This document shows positions 10,119-21,084 of a DNA stretch of 64,000 nt, one piece after another; position 1 is the first letter of the stretch; every line of letters starts with the position of its first letter. Both the position numbers and the translations under genes were made by a program. Under the pieces are notes generated by a model. It saw only the letters and a program-made list of their open reading frames with translations, did not search any database and was not told where the DNA came from. Source of the stretch: a virus; the IMG/VR virus record IMGVR_UViG_3300047472_000155, positions 64,001 to 128,000 of that record. One strand, 5' to 3'.

Positions 10119-10487
10119 ATGAAAGCAATAGTCAAAAAGCTTACAGATGAAACAAAATACAACTTTAGGAATGAATGCGTTGGATTACCATTCAAAGTAC
10201 TGAAATTTGAAGACAAACTTTTTGGTGGCTTGTATACGTTGGACACAACTGAACTATTGGGTTGTGTCACAGCTTGGAAAAGTGAATTCTTGAATCTATT
10301 CCAAGATATCAAATTGGAAGGGGAATTCAAAGATGCTGATTCTTTCCAAGGCATCGTTAAGTTGGATCATGATGCAAACTTTGCATCATGCTACATTGAA
10401 GGGTTTGACGGACAAGACTCATCTATATATTTGAATAAATTTCAAGGGAAAAACGTAGTTATGATCATTAAGGAAATTACTATATAA
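10119..10487 (+). CDS. paralog family C member with a family-A-type C-terminal module
   Basis: KLTDETKYNFRNECV...TLDTTELLGCVTAW, followed by FQGIV...KFQGKNVVMII. Confidence 0.75.
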   Translation: MKAIVKKLTDETKYNFRNECVGLPFKVLKFEDKLFGGLYTLDTTELLGCVTAWKSEFLNLFQDIKLEGEFKDADSFQGIVKLDHDANFASCYIEGFDGQDSSIYLNKFQGKNVVMIIKEITI

Positions 10488-12954
10488 ATAATAAGGGTGG
10501 TGTAAAAGATGCCAATTAAAACAGGAAAAAGAATGAGCGCAGCAGAAGCTGTTGCCAATCATTTAGGTTGGGATATTGCTGATGTTAAAGATGCACGTTA
10601 TAAATATGGTCATACATCTACACCAGTGTTTACCTCAGAAGATTACTACTATTGTGCATCTAAAAGTGATGGCAAGCCAGCTACCCGCTATCTTGCAAAT
10701 GATAGTTGGGATTGGGTTCAATGTGTACCCAATAACCCATTGAATGACAAGGTTAAGTGGATTGTCTGGAAGGCACATATGAACAAGTAGGAGATGATAC
10801 CATGATTGACAGCGGACTAACTACAATTGAAAATGCAAGAAATTTATTTGAATCATTTTACAAAGAAGAGTCAAATATTCTTATAAAGATCAAATTAAAA
10901 TGTTGGATCAATCATTCGGAAAGCAGACATAAAAACAACAACTATCCTTTTTCATATGGAAATTATTCTATGTTCTTAAAGGAAATTGATATGTTGCTAC
11001 AAGTTAATTATGACATGATTGATTGTAGCGATATTGGCGGTAAAGAGTATGTCATTGAGTTTTTGAAAAATAAAATAAAATAAGGAGGTTAATTTTATGA
11101 AAATTAAGTTTCGTGAAATAAGTGTTAGAAGTGGTGATTATCACGTTTTGTTAGAAGCCTATAATGAAAATGGTGATCATGAATACGAGATATTCAACAG
11201 AACTTTGCCATTCCAAAACTTTCGAAGAGGTAGACTTATCAAGAAGTTAAAAAGAAAAATGGAACAGCTTTATTCATAAGGAGTGTAAGAATATGAATAT
11301 GTTGGCGATTATTATAATTTCAATGATAGCGTTGCTTATTGAACGCATCTCAATGAAAAATGACAATTTGCACTAATAAAATATAAAATAAAAATTATTT
11401 TACCAGTTTTTTGACATCCCCGACAACTTGATATATACTTAAATAAGTTAGATTAATCAAGGGGGATTTCACATGCCAAAAAAATTCTTTAAAATCGGAG
11501 TAAGTGAACTAATTGATGGTAAAAAGTATTATGGTCTGTTTATATCAAATAATGAAGAATTTGCATGTGATTACGAATCGTTTGTAAGAGGCTGGGAGCT
11601 TAGTAAATTTGAAAACTTGAGTAATGAAGCGAAAGAGGAATGGATAAACGAATTGAAGAAAGATAGTCAGGAAGCCACAGAAGTAAAGTGATTTGTGAAT
11701 ATATAGGGATAGATTTCTCTGTGGGAGAAGTTATTCCTATTATCTTCATAAGTATTTGATATAAAGGGACGTATGATAATGTACGTCCCTTTATATTTGA
11801 GGAGGACTGTTAAATGAATGCATATGAAGAATTAGAGCATTCCAGAGTAGTCAATGAATTAATGGAAGTTAAGGAAAAGATTAAACAAATGTTTCATATT
11901 GATCATGAAATAATCAAATGGAACTACACTAAGGCAAAGCAATGTGATGATCAAGCATCTGTTACAGTGTGGAGAAGCCTTATGATTGCATCGTGCAATG
12001 ACCACAGTTTTGAAGACATGTTTGAAGAAGATGGAACATATCTAGGTTTCATTTGCAAACATTGTACCGCGAACAGTGATGATGACGATGCCGAAAATGT
12101 AAAGCTTATAGTTCAAAGAAATTGTGAAACATGTACATTCAGGGGAGGAGGATCAGATTCGATATCTTGTAAACATCCGACCATAGATACATTAGAAGAT
12201 GTTCAGATTGATGAATGGATGAATAAGTATTTCAATGACAGTAAAAATTGTGTTCATTGGAAAGGAAAAATTGATTAAAATAAGTGTTGCAACATCGTAA
12301 ATTGTATGATAAGATAAGGTCAATGAAAGATAAAACTAAATCAAGGAGTGATTTAAAATGCCATTGAATATTCCTGTGGTGAAAAGTTTGGTTACTTATA
12401 GGTTGGAAGATGAAAGATTCGCTGGTACGTATGGAGAAGGGAAGAGGGTTATCTTAGACCTTTTGGATTTATCCGATTATCAAGGTAGTCTTGAACGTAT
12501 CGAAATGTACAATCCATTCGGTAGCATTGTAAATGAAAATTATGAAAATGGACATAAAGAAGCGTTCGAAACCAGAACTTCTGGTGTAATTACTTACTAT
12601 AGGGAATTGAAATCAAATATAGGTTTGTTGCCTATCCCTATTAAAGTAATTTTTGAAATTGAGTATGTCTTAACCATTGAAACAGGTGATGACGAAATTG
12701 CATTTATGATTGGCGAAAAGGTTGAAGGATTCACAACAGAGTAAAACTTTCAAATATATTTTTTGCAAAATGTTTAAAGGCTTTGAATTCGGTTTATAAT
12801 GATATCATCAATGAAAAACGCCATAAAGTAACGGATTAAAAAAGTTTATTTTTTCCAAGAAAAACGTTGACTTCACTATTCATAAGTGATATGATGAAAT
12901 CAACCAATAAACAAGTAAAATAAAAACAAAAAACGAAGGGTAAAGGTGATTATC

Positions 12955-14529
12955 ATGGCAAAGGGCGGCGCGGCAACAGTAAATGGATCAAGAAGAGGAC
13001 AGGGTGGCAAGACAACAACTCCACCAAGCGATTCTCAATTGACACTGGTTGACCAAGAAAAGGAATTGGAGCTTGATATTTTCCACAAAACAATGGGCAT
13101 TCGTTCTATTGTAGAACAAAGACGACTTATCAAGTTTGACATGGCGATTCAACGTAATGAAGTTTGGAAGGAAACAAAGGATGTGCATCAACAGTCACTC
13201 CTTATTGACTCCATTCTTCGGAAGTATCCAATTGGTCAAGTGTTCGTTATTCAAATGGGTGACGAATTCATGTGGATGGCTGATGGTAAACAACGTTGGA
13301 CAACAGTGTTCAAATTCATTGACAACAAATTCGCACTTGCCAAGGGTATTCGTCCCGTAAAGGCAAAGGATAACGAAACAGGCGAAGTCAAGGTGTACGA
13401 TATTGAAGGGAAATTCTTCAAAGACTTGGATAAAGTACTCCAATCAAAAATTATGGGGTACGAAATGGATGTCAAATTCCTCCAAAATGCTACACCAGCA
13501 GAGATTGAGGAAATCTTCCTTCGACTCAACAATGGTACACCATTGACCAAGATCGAATTAACACGTGTCGAACTTGGAGAGGTAAACATGATCAAAATTT
13601 CGGATATTGCCGAAAAACGTTTCTTCAAAACCATGTCATTCATTTCCGAAACGTCACGCAATCGCTTTATTGACCATGAAATGATCCTTCAAACGCTTAT
13701 GATCATTATGGACAGAGAATCCGGAATTTCAGGAAATGAAATCCGTGAATTTGCCAAGGCGATTAAGGTAAATGGCATTTCCGATGAAGTTATCAATGTT
13801 ATGAAAGGAACATCAGACTACCTTGCAGACGCATTCGAACAATTTGTTACGATTAAGGATGGCAAGGAAGAAATGCCATTCCTGAATAAAATGCTCAAAA
13901 AGGTTCATGTACCTATCATCTTTGCAACGGCTTATGAAGCCATCTATAAAGATGGAAGAGAGCTTGAGCCAGAAGTATTTGGATTGTGGGTGAAGTCATT
14001 CCTTGTCGACCGTAAAACTCCTATTGATTACAAGGACGCTACGGCAGGCGGTTCTGCTAAAAAGGATCAAGTCAATACTCGACTTCGTGAAATGAAAAAA
14101 GATTTCAAAAAGCACATTGAAAATGTGCAAAAAACATGGGAAGAAAATGAACCTATTCGTTTGAAGCTCAAACAAGATGCCGAAGAAGAGGCGGCACGAT
14201 TGGCGAAACTTGCAAACCCTGATGGTGATGGTGGAACTCATGAAAATGGTGGCAATGGTGAAGGTGATGGTGAAACGCCTCCTTCTGACTTGAATACACC
14301 TCCAAATGATACACCTCCAAGTGACGAAGAGGATAATACACCTCCTTCGGAAACTCCTCCAGTTGACGATGGAGAGAATGTTTCTTCCAATGATTCCAAT
14401 GATTCGAATGAAAATGGTGAAAATGGTAAAAACGGTGAAAGTGGAGAGCCTAATTCGGATAACGATGAAGGCACTGACAAGGACAAAGAACCGGAAAGCA
14501 ATGGTTCCGAAGATGGTTCCGAAGAATAA
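12955..14529 (+). CDS. DUF262 (ParB/Srx-like, GmrS-type) domain protein with an acidic Pro/Asp/Glu-rich tail
   Basis: IQRNEVW, LLIDSIL..YPIG, DGKQRWTT, IF.RLNNG.PLT; tail of TPPS repeats and D/E/N/G; no HNH domain. Confidence 0.88.
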   Translation: MAKGGAATVNGSRRGQGGKTTTPPSDSQLTLVDQEKELELDIFHKTMGIRSIVEQRRLIKFDMAIQRNEVWKETKDVHQQSLLIDSILRKYPIGQVFVIQMGDEFMWMADGKQRWTTVFKFIDNKFALAKGIRPVKAKDNETGEVKVYDIEGKFFKDLDKVLQSKIMGYEMDVKFLQNATPAEIEEIFLRLNNGTPLTKIELTRVELGEVNMIKISDIAEKRFFKTMSFISETSRNRFIDHEMILQTLMIIMDRESGISGNEIREFAKAIKVNGISDEVINVMKGTSDYLADAFEQFVTIKDGKEEMPFLNKMLKKVHVPIIFATAYEAIYKDGRELEPEVFGLWVKSFLVDRKTPIDYKDATAGGSAKKDQVNTRLREMKKDFKKHIENVQKTWEENEPIRLKLKQDAEEEAARLAKLANPDGDGGTHENGGNGEGDGETPPSDLNTPPNDTPPSDEEDNTPPSETPPVDDGENVSSNDSNDSNENGENGKNGESGEPNSDNDEGTDKDKEPESNGSEDGSEE

Positions 14530-14540
14530 TTAATCAAATT

Positions 14541-14575
14541 AGCGCCACATGATATATGTGGCGCTTTCTATTATT
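14541..14575 (+). terminator. intrinsic terminator
   Basis: AGCGCCACAT-gatat-ATGTGGCGCT followed by a T-rich tract. Confidence 0.7.
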
Positions 14576-14645
14576 TAGTATAGATTCTCTTGACAAATAA
14601 TTTCAGGGATTTTATACTAAGTAATAGATAAAATGAATTGAAGGG

Positions 14646-15365
14646 ATGATAAAAATGAGTAAAAAAAGTTCTGAGAAGTTGAAAGAAACTATTCAAAAAT
14701 TGCTTGTAAAAGCAGGAGATAGTGGTGCTACTTTAGCAGAAAAAGACGAAGCTTACTTGTTAGCGCAACGACTAATGCTTAAACATAATATAGAAGAAGA
14801 TGAATTATATGAAAAGACACATGAACAAAAACGATTAGAGGAGATATATCATAAGCCAGCGACAGATTATATAAAGCCTAATTTTTGGCATAGAGGGTTG
14901 GCTAGAATTATTTCAACAAACTTTAAATGTATCCATTATTTAGATGGATGGCATGGAGACTACATGTCTAAAGATGCTAATAAATCAAGGCTTATGATGT
15001 TCGGAGTAAGAGAAGATGTTGAAATCGCTGTGCAAGTATATGAAGATGCATTCAAAGCAATTGAAGTATTTTCCAAAGAGTATATAGAAGGGAGAAAAGA
15101 TATTCCTAAAAATAGAAAAACACCAATTAAGAATGACTTTATTTCAGGTTATCTTGAAGGATTAAAATCCAAATTTGAAGATCAAGTTGCGAAATATCAG
15201 CTTGTTCTTGCAGTAAGTGCTCTTGTAACAAAGGAATATGATGATATGGGATTCTCCACAGCAAGAGCAGCAACTAGACTTACCGCACATGATCAACATG
15301 CCAAGGCTCAAGGATACGTCAAAGGTAGAAACTTTACTGGGGCGAATAAAGAACTTTTGAAATAA
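14646..15365 (+). CDS. DUF2786-domain protein
   Basis: IQKLL.KA...GAT..E...A...AQ.LM.KHNI N-terminus; W...LA..I..NF.C. Confidence 0.8.
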   Translation: MIKMSKKSSEKLKETIQKLLVKAGDSGATLAEKDEAYLLAQRLMLKHNIEEDELYEKTHEQKRLEEIYHKPATDYIKPNFWHRGLARIISTNFKCIHYLDGWHGDYMSKDANKSRLMMFGVREDVEIAVQVYEDAFKAIEVFSKEYIEGRKDIPKNRKTPIKNDFISGYLEGLKSKFEDQVAKYQLVLAVSALVTKEYDDMGFSTARAATRLTAHDQHAKAQGYVKGRNFTGANKELLK

Positions 15366-15401
15366 AATTACACCAATGTCAAATGAACTAGGAGGAGTAA
15401 A

Positions 15402-15467
15402 ATGAAATTTGTATGGACTTTAATCATTTTGTTTGCAATGGTTGTAATGTCAATATTAACTAAATAA
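15402..15467 (+). CDS. 21-aa hydrophobic peptide
   Basis: AGGAGGAG RBS, MKFVWTLIILFAMVVMSILTK*. Confidence 0.55.
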   Translation: MKFVWTLIILFAMVVMSILTK

Positions 15468-16080
15468 AGGAGAGAGAATATCATGACAAAAGAAGCTACA
15501 AAAAGAGAAGGTCTTGAAATTACACTCAGAAAGTTTGATAAATCATGTAAGGGTCCAAATGATTACATTGAGTTGCTTGTTGTATTCCTTCGTGCAATAA
15601 AACCTGACAATGGATTGGCATGGTCAGAAGTAGAAGAGATTATTGAAACTATCACAACAGAGCGCGAAGCATTAAATATGAAAGATTCTCCACTTGACAT
15701 GTATTCGGTATTACAGGGAAAGAAACAGTTGATTGGAGAAATTGATCAATGGATGAACGTTGGTCATAGTATGCAAGAAAGTGTCTATCAACTAAAAAAG
15801 ATGTATTTTAATACTGTGGAGGAATTCAAATGAATAAAGTCGAACAAGCTACAGAGTTAATGAAAACGTACAATGAAATTTCAGTTCAATATGAGGAAAT
15901 TTGCAAAAAAATGGGAGAAGAAGAAAGACGCATAACTCCCAATCTGAGAAATATTGTTCAACAGATGAATAAATCTGAATTGCTTGAGTTTTATAGTGGA
16001 ATAAATATTGCAACCGCTTTGAAGTTTGAGCTGTTTAAGTATATGAGGGAATTAAATCTACTATAAAAAAGGGGAGTGAA

Positions 16081-16467
16081 ATGGGAATGCTAAAAACAAA
16101 GTGGACTATTGAACGTTGTGGAACATATGCTGACAAAAATACATTGTGGCATTTCACATCAAGTGAAGATGATTCAACTTCACTTTATTTGAGAGCTGTT
16201 GACGAAGACAAAGCTTGGAACAAGTTAGGTAATCTATTGCACAAAGATGGGAAAGAAGCGTGGGAAGAGTTGGGCAAGTTATTGGACAAGGAAGAAGATA
16301 CATCAACTAAAACCTTTGAAGGTAAAATAATTTTAAGAGATATGTACGATTTAATTTTCTTTGACAATTATAGACCATCAATACCCACTCTTCACGAAAT
16401 GCTTATCCATGGTGGAATTGGAGAGGTAGAGGTAGAAGTCAGAGTTAAATCATTGAAAGGAGAGTGA
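16081..16467 (+). CDS. paralog family A member
   Basis: MLKTKWTI...W.F...DEDKAWNKLGNLL...EAWEELGKLL...TFEGKI (the EAW helix is duplicated). Confidence 0.75.
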   Translation: MGMLKTKWTIERCGTYADKNTLWHFTSSEDDSTSLYLRAVDEDKAWNKLGNLLHKDGKEAWEELGKLLDKEEDTSTKTFEGKIILRDMYDLIFFDNYRPSIPTLHEMLIHGGIGEVEVEVRVKSLKGE

Positions 16468-16472
16468 ATGAA

Positions 16473-16790
16473 ATGCTAAAAGATAGTTGGTATATTAAGC
16501 AAAAAAGTTGCGGGAATGATGGAACAGATTGGCACTTTCAATGTTCTAAGGACGAAGATTACATGATTCTAGTTCTTGCACCTACAGAATCGGAAGCATG
16601 GAAAAAGCTAGGTGTGTTATTAAATGAAAATGTTGAGACAGAAGTTTTTGAAGGTGTTATAAGTTCATGTAGTTTTTCCAGTCTTGAAAGTGCATTTGTG
16701 ACATTTAAAGTAAGTCAAGATTGTGCAACATCCCTTCTTAAACTTATGAATAAGAAAGTCGATGTTCAGTTAAAATTAAGGGATAGATAA
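16473..16790 (+). CDS. paralog family A member ending inside palindromic site 3
   Basis: MLKDSWYIK...TESEAWKKLGVLL..NVETEVFEGVI; DNA tract ACAGAATCGGAAGCATGG shared with the 9115 ORF. Confidence 0.8.
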   Translation: MLKDSWYIKQKSCGNDGTDWHFQCSKDEDYMILVLAPTESEAWKKLGVLLNENVETEVFEGVISSCSFSSLESAFVTFKVSQDCATSLLKLMNKKVDVQLKLRDR

Positions 16791-16807
16791 AAACTTACTT
16801 TTATCTA
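16784..16807. repeat. palindromic site 3
   Basis: tagataaaa acttac ttttatcta. Confidence 0.9.
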
Positions 16808-16824
16808 CAGGAAGGGGATGGAAA

Positions 16825-17283
16825 ATGGGCAGAGTTTGGAGAGCAAGAGGAGGCAGAAAGGTAAGAAAATACTCAAAACCAGAAGAAAGGATAATTAGAG
16901 AAATCAAAAATAATAGACATCATGTATGTTATTTTTGCCTTAAACACATCGAAGAAGATGATGATTTGACCGTAGATCATCTTTATCCTTATGATGGCAA
17001 TAATACGAATGAGGAAAATTGTGTAATTTCTTGTAAATCATGCAATAATGAAAAAGGTGCAATGAATGAAGGTGAATATAGTTTATTTAAGTCTTACAAG
17101 TTAAATATGTCAGAAAAGACAACTGAGCTTATTCTATTAGAACAAGAAAGAGTGGTAGAAGAGTTAAAGAAACACAATAGAAAAGACAATTTTGCCTTTG
17201 ACGACGATAATATGTTATTAATGTACAAGGCGAAAGCAGTTCACATACTCTTAAAGGAGCGTGATTCAATTGGAAAAGTTTAA
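16825..17283 (+). CDS. HNH endonuclease
   Basis: CYFC...LTVDHLYP...N...NCVISCKSCNNEKG. Confidence 0.85.
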   Translation: MGRVWRARGGRKVRKYSKPEERIIREIKNNRHHVCYFCLKHIEEDDDLTVDHLYPYDGNNTNEENCVISCKSCNNEKGAMNEGEYSLFKSYKLNMSEKTTELILLEQERVVEELKKHNRKDNFAFDDDNMLLMYKAKAVHILLKERDSIGKV

Positions 17284-18155
17284 CTCAGTTCATGAAGCTT
17301 ATACACATTTGCTAATTGCAAGTAAAGAGATTGAGAAAAAAATTAAAGATATGGACCGTCACATGTCTTTCTTTCTGATGAACATTGAAAAAGATAATTT
17401 CAATATTAAAGGCAATCCACACCAGCGTAAACATGCAATTCAAGAGTTTGAATATCTTGTTAATTCATCTGACAACTTTGCAAAAGATGTTGAATACATT
17501 AAAAATCTTGGTGTTACATTATTTTATCAATTGAAGGAGAATGAATTATAATGCATTCATTCCATGGTAAAACCGCTAACTTTCATTTCAACGGAGATAT
17601 GAGCGGTGGCGATCTGATTATTATGCCAAAGGACAAGGATGGCGAAGCATTGTTGGACAAGGATGGCGAATATGTGGAAGTTAGAATTGATGCAGATGAC
17701 ATTCTTAAGCTTGTTGCTTATCACTATGTATTATCCGAATCCATTGGTAAGCTTGAAGATATGGATTATCTGGAGCTACTGAGTATACTTAAATCAAAAG
17801 GTTGACAAGTGATGTTTCCCCGATGTAATATAAAATAAAAGCACAAGGCGGTGTATTGTATGGATAGAACGGTAATCGTATTAACTCCTACGGAGTGGGA
17901 AGATAGAAAGCCACTAGCTAAATGCCTTTCAGATGCATATCAGGAATTGCACTATACGAAATCAAGTGACTCATTGTTAGATGCCTTAATGCTATCGTTG
18001 TCTTTTAATCAAAAACAAGAGAATATGACCAAAGAAGAATTAATAGATGCAATAAATGAATTGCAAAGAATTAGAAAAGATATAATCTCTCATGTAAATA
18101 AAGCACAAACAATTATTGGAGCCATATCTACCGTAATTGACTATAAGGAAAGAAC

Positions 18156-18190
18156 GGAAACAGTCTCCTAGACTGTTTCTTTTTTTTGTT
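18156..18190 (+). terminator. intrinsic terminator
   Basis: GAAACAGTCT-cct-AGACTGTTTC followed by a long T run. Confidence 0.75.
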
Positions 18191-18513
18191 TATAGTCAAT
18201 GACACTTACAAGATAAAATCAAAAGATGTTACCAAATTGTGAAGTAAATAAATTCATGACTGATAACGGTTATCGGTCCAATGTAAGTATCTCTACATTA
18301 ATAAAAGCAGATTTTTAAAAGATATTCCACAATTTAGGTAAAAAAATGTTGACTTGTCCATAAGTGCAATATATAATGAAAACATGAACACGAAAGAATT
18401 GTGCACAATATAAATGGTAAATCGGGTAATAATAATGTGATTAAAAAAGGAATGTTTTGGGTATAATTATCATAAGATAAGTACAAGATAAACGAAAGGA
18501 GATTGGACAAGTT

Positions 18514-19317
18514 ATGAAAAGTCAAATTGAATTGAAGAAAGTACTTAATGAAACGTTGGAAACTTACAAACATAATAAGAATGTTTTGGAAAATGTCAAA
18601 ACACTGATGCAGAATTTTGGAATATTTAGAGGTGAAACACAAAAGATATTTACAGGAAAGACACTTTTTGAGGACATGAACAAGAGAATACTCATATTGA
18701 TTACTGATTCATTGCATCGAAGTACAAATGTTCACAACCTCAATCCTTACGGATACTTTTCTGATAAGGAGATCAAGGAAGCAAAAGCTCAAGAAATTGT
18801 AATTGAAACTGAAACAAGTGAATTTCCCATCACAATACATAATGCTATCAAAAAAGCCGAAGACACTTTTATCGCATTTGTCAAGGCGAAAGACATTGTT
18901 GCTCTTTACAATTCCAATCTCTTAGGCTATAATTATAGAATAAGTAATCAATACAAGATGGTACAAAAAAACGGCAAGTTGATTCAGACAATTGATATCA
19001 ATACCAAAGATGTAAAAGACATTGCACAAAAGATACTAAATAACGTTTACAACATGAATACAATCATTTTAAATGTTTTAGTAAATTCAAGCTTCTCTAC
19101 CGGAAAAAATGAAATTGAATATTCAAATGACACATTGACAATCAATGAAAGTACTGTAGAAATTATTAGTGGACTTCATGATTTGAGCGCTCTTGCTTAC
19201 ATTCTTGAAGACAACAAGAATATTGAATTGAAGGTTGAACTAATGGTCAAACACTATAACTCAGAACAAATGATAAACTTTTACAATGAACTAAATATAA
19301 AGGGTGGTGTAAACTAA
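18514..19317 (+). CDS. SPbeta YopQ(SroE)-like, DndB/ParB-like protein, shortened and degenerate
   Basis: lies directly upstream of the YopR-like gene; YFSDKEIKEA, L.YNY..., I.LN motifs; IISGLHD at the position of the usual IIDGxHR. Confidence 0.6.
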   Translation: MKSQIELKKVLNETLETYKHNKNVLENVKTLMQNFGIFRGETQKIFTGKTLFEDMNKRILILITDSLHRSTNVHNLNPYGYFSDKEIKEAKAQEIVIETETSEFPITIHNAIKKAEDTFIAFVKAKDIVALYNSNLLGYNYRISNQYKMVQKNGKLIQTIDINTKDVKDIAQKILNNVYNMNTIILNVLVNSSFSTGKNEIEYSNDTLTINESTVEIISGLHDLSALAYILEDNKNIELKVELMVKHYNSEQMINFYNELNIKGGVN

Positions 19318-20294
19318 TGGAAAAGCATGAACTCTACAATGAAGAAGTAAAAGAGGATTTCTTGTCACAGAAGCATTTTTCAGAAGGGACAAGAGTTGTC
19401 TATCGTAGAATCTTTGAAAAAAGCAGAGCCAATGAAGAAGTCCTGAACAAGGATTTGTATGACTTCACAAGACAAGAGATTGAAGAGGTTCTGCATGATC
19501 TTAATCCATTGACACCTCCAATATCTCAGTCCAATGGAAGAGTTATCAGCTCATACATTATTTGGTGGATAGACAAGAATAAGCTTAATAAAATCAATCC
19601 ATTGGAGGCAGTTGGTGCCGAATGGTTTGATAGATTCGTAGATAAAACCAAGAAACTTTATTTTTCATATAAGGAAATCAAAAGAATTGTCGATCTATGC
19701 GAGAATGCTCAAGATGCTGTAATACTTCTATCATACTTTGAGGACATTGGTGGCAAAGATGGAAGTGAAATCAGAAATTTAAAAATCACTGATTTAGATG
19801 AAGACCTTAACACAGTAATTTTACGTGAAAAAGGTAAGACTCCAAGAGTACATGTTATCAGTGATGAATTGAAAAAGCTTATCATCTCAGCATCCAAACA
19901 AAAGACTTACATCAAAAAGGATGGTAAGATGATTGAAATTGATAACATTCGTCCAGACATTGACTTGGTTGAAAACGAATATGTTGTCAGAAATTCTTTG
20001 ACACGCACAGATTCATTGAATTCACCAGTTCATTCGTCAGTAATTTATCGTAGAATGAAGACGTTGAGTGAGTCGTTTGGCTTTCCTTACTTGACAGGTA
20101 AAAATGTGTTGAGATCAGGAATAATCTACTTTGCCTGGAAACTTCTGCAACAAGAAGGAGCACTTGGTAAAGAACAATATGAAAAAATTGCAGAAAAATT
20201 TAGATTGAAAAACTGGTATACACTAAAGGATTTTTGCAACTATGAAACCATTGAGAAGTTATACGGTGAAGTTGCTGCTACAATAAGTGCATAA
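19317..20294 (+). CDS. mrpR: SPbeta YopR/MrpR(SroF)-like master repressor with a tyrosine-recombinase fold
   Basis: 325 aa; YN.EVKE.FL, IF.K....E..LNKDLYDFT..EI, N.QD.VIL...FE, SEI.NL, LVENEYVV, LT.K.V.RSG match the YopR family as I recall it; the canonical R-HxxR-Y catalytic set is incomplete. Confidence 0.8.
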   Translation: MEKHELYNEEVKEDFLSQKHFSEGTRVVYRRIFEKSRANEEVLNKDLYDFTRQEIEEVLHDLNPLTPPISQSNGRVISSYIIWWIDKNKLNKINPLEAVGAEWFDRFVDKTKKLYFSYKEIKRIVDLCENAQDAVILLSYFEDIGGKDGSEIRNLKITDLDEDLNTVILREKGKTPRVHVISDELKKLIISASKQKTYIKKDGKMIEIDNIRPDIDLVENEYVVRNSLTRTDSLNSPVHSSVIYRRMKTLSESFGFPYLTGKNVLRSGIIYFAWKLLQQEGALGKEQYEKIAEKFRLKNWYTLKDFCNYETIEKLYGEVAATISA

Positions 20295-20298
20295 AAAA

Positions 20299-20342
20299 CA
20301 CGTAAATTAAAAAGGGGTTGTTGCCTCTTTTTAATTTACGTT
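20299..20342. terminator. terminator-like hairpin after the mrpR-like gene
   Basis: ACGTAAATTAAAAAGGGG-ttgttgc-CTCTTTTTAATTTACGT. Confidence 0.7.
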
Positions 20343-20670
20343 CATTAATTTAAGGGGGTGGTATTATAGATAAGTGAAATATAAAATAAAAAACTATGCT
20401 AACTATGTATCTTTTGCGCAAATAACAAAAAGAACTGATTAAATGGTCCTATTTTTTATGGCAAAAATATACATAATCATGCACAAAATATTTCCTTTTT
20501 AGGTTATTATGTCGGGATTAGGCATTGACAAAGACAACCATTACCTCTATACTAATGGAAGAAAGTAATTATCCTTTATTACCCACATAGAGAGAAACCA
20601 AAACACAATTCAAACAAATTTTTATTAAAATTTTCATCATCATCATGTATTATAAAATGGGAGGAATAGT

Positions 20671-21084
20671 ATGCAAAACAGAAAAAAAATTAAATCTATT
20701 TTTGACGGAATGGATTTGTGCTTGGAATTGGGGATTAATAAATCCAATATTCCTCTGTTACATTCCCTTATATCCTCTTTAGAGGAGTTCGATGACTTTA
20801 TCACGAATTTTTGGGGGCAAAGCGAATGTCAAGGATTTGACATTGCTAATTTTCGTGCATACAAGTTAAATAAAATGAAAGTTAGCTTTACCCGACTAGA
20901 ACAAGTGTTCGGTCAAAATCCACAGCTTGCACTCGAAGAATTGACACAAAGACCTGTACACAAAAACACCACAAATGAAATAGTAAATGGTATTGCTAAT
21001 GGTAAATTTACCCTTATGACAATATTCGACAAATTTATGAGCAATAAAGATTTAAGCTTGTCAAGAATACTACTTGACATCTAA
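20671..21084 (+). CDS. hypothetical protein with its own promoter
   Basis: TTGACA-17-TATACT at 20525, GGGAGG RBS, hairpin at 21108-21136. Confidence 0.7.
   Translation: MQNRKKIKSIFDGMDLCLELGINKSNIPLLHSLISSLEEFDDFITNFWGQSECQGFDIANFRAYKLNKMKVSFTRLEQVFGQNPQLALEELTQRPVHKNTTNEIVNGIANGKFTLMTIFDKFMSNKDLSLSRILLDI

Noticed and set aside
13251-14537. Long minus-strand ORFs (13251..13661, 14238..14537) and other antisense or alternative-frame ORFs in the track (e.g. 46853..47332)
   Set aside because: They are shadows of well-supported + strand genes, with low-complexity or atypical composition and no RBS or motifs
15402-15467. Arbitrium AimP signalling peptide
   Set aside because: Too short, no C-terminal mature peptide after the hydrophobic stretch, and no adjacent TPR receptor gene
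19317-20294. Calling this ORF an active integrase that acts on the palindromes
   Set aside because: The first catalytic Arg and the HxxR His appear substituted (GKDGSE, KNVLR); it fits the MrpR repressor better
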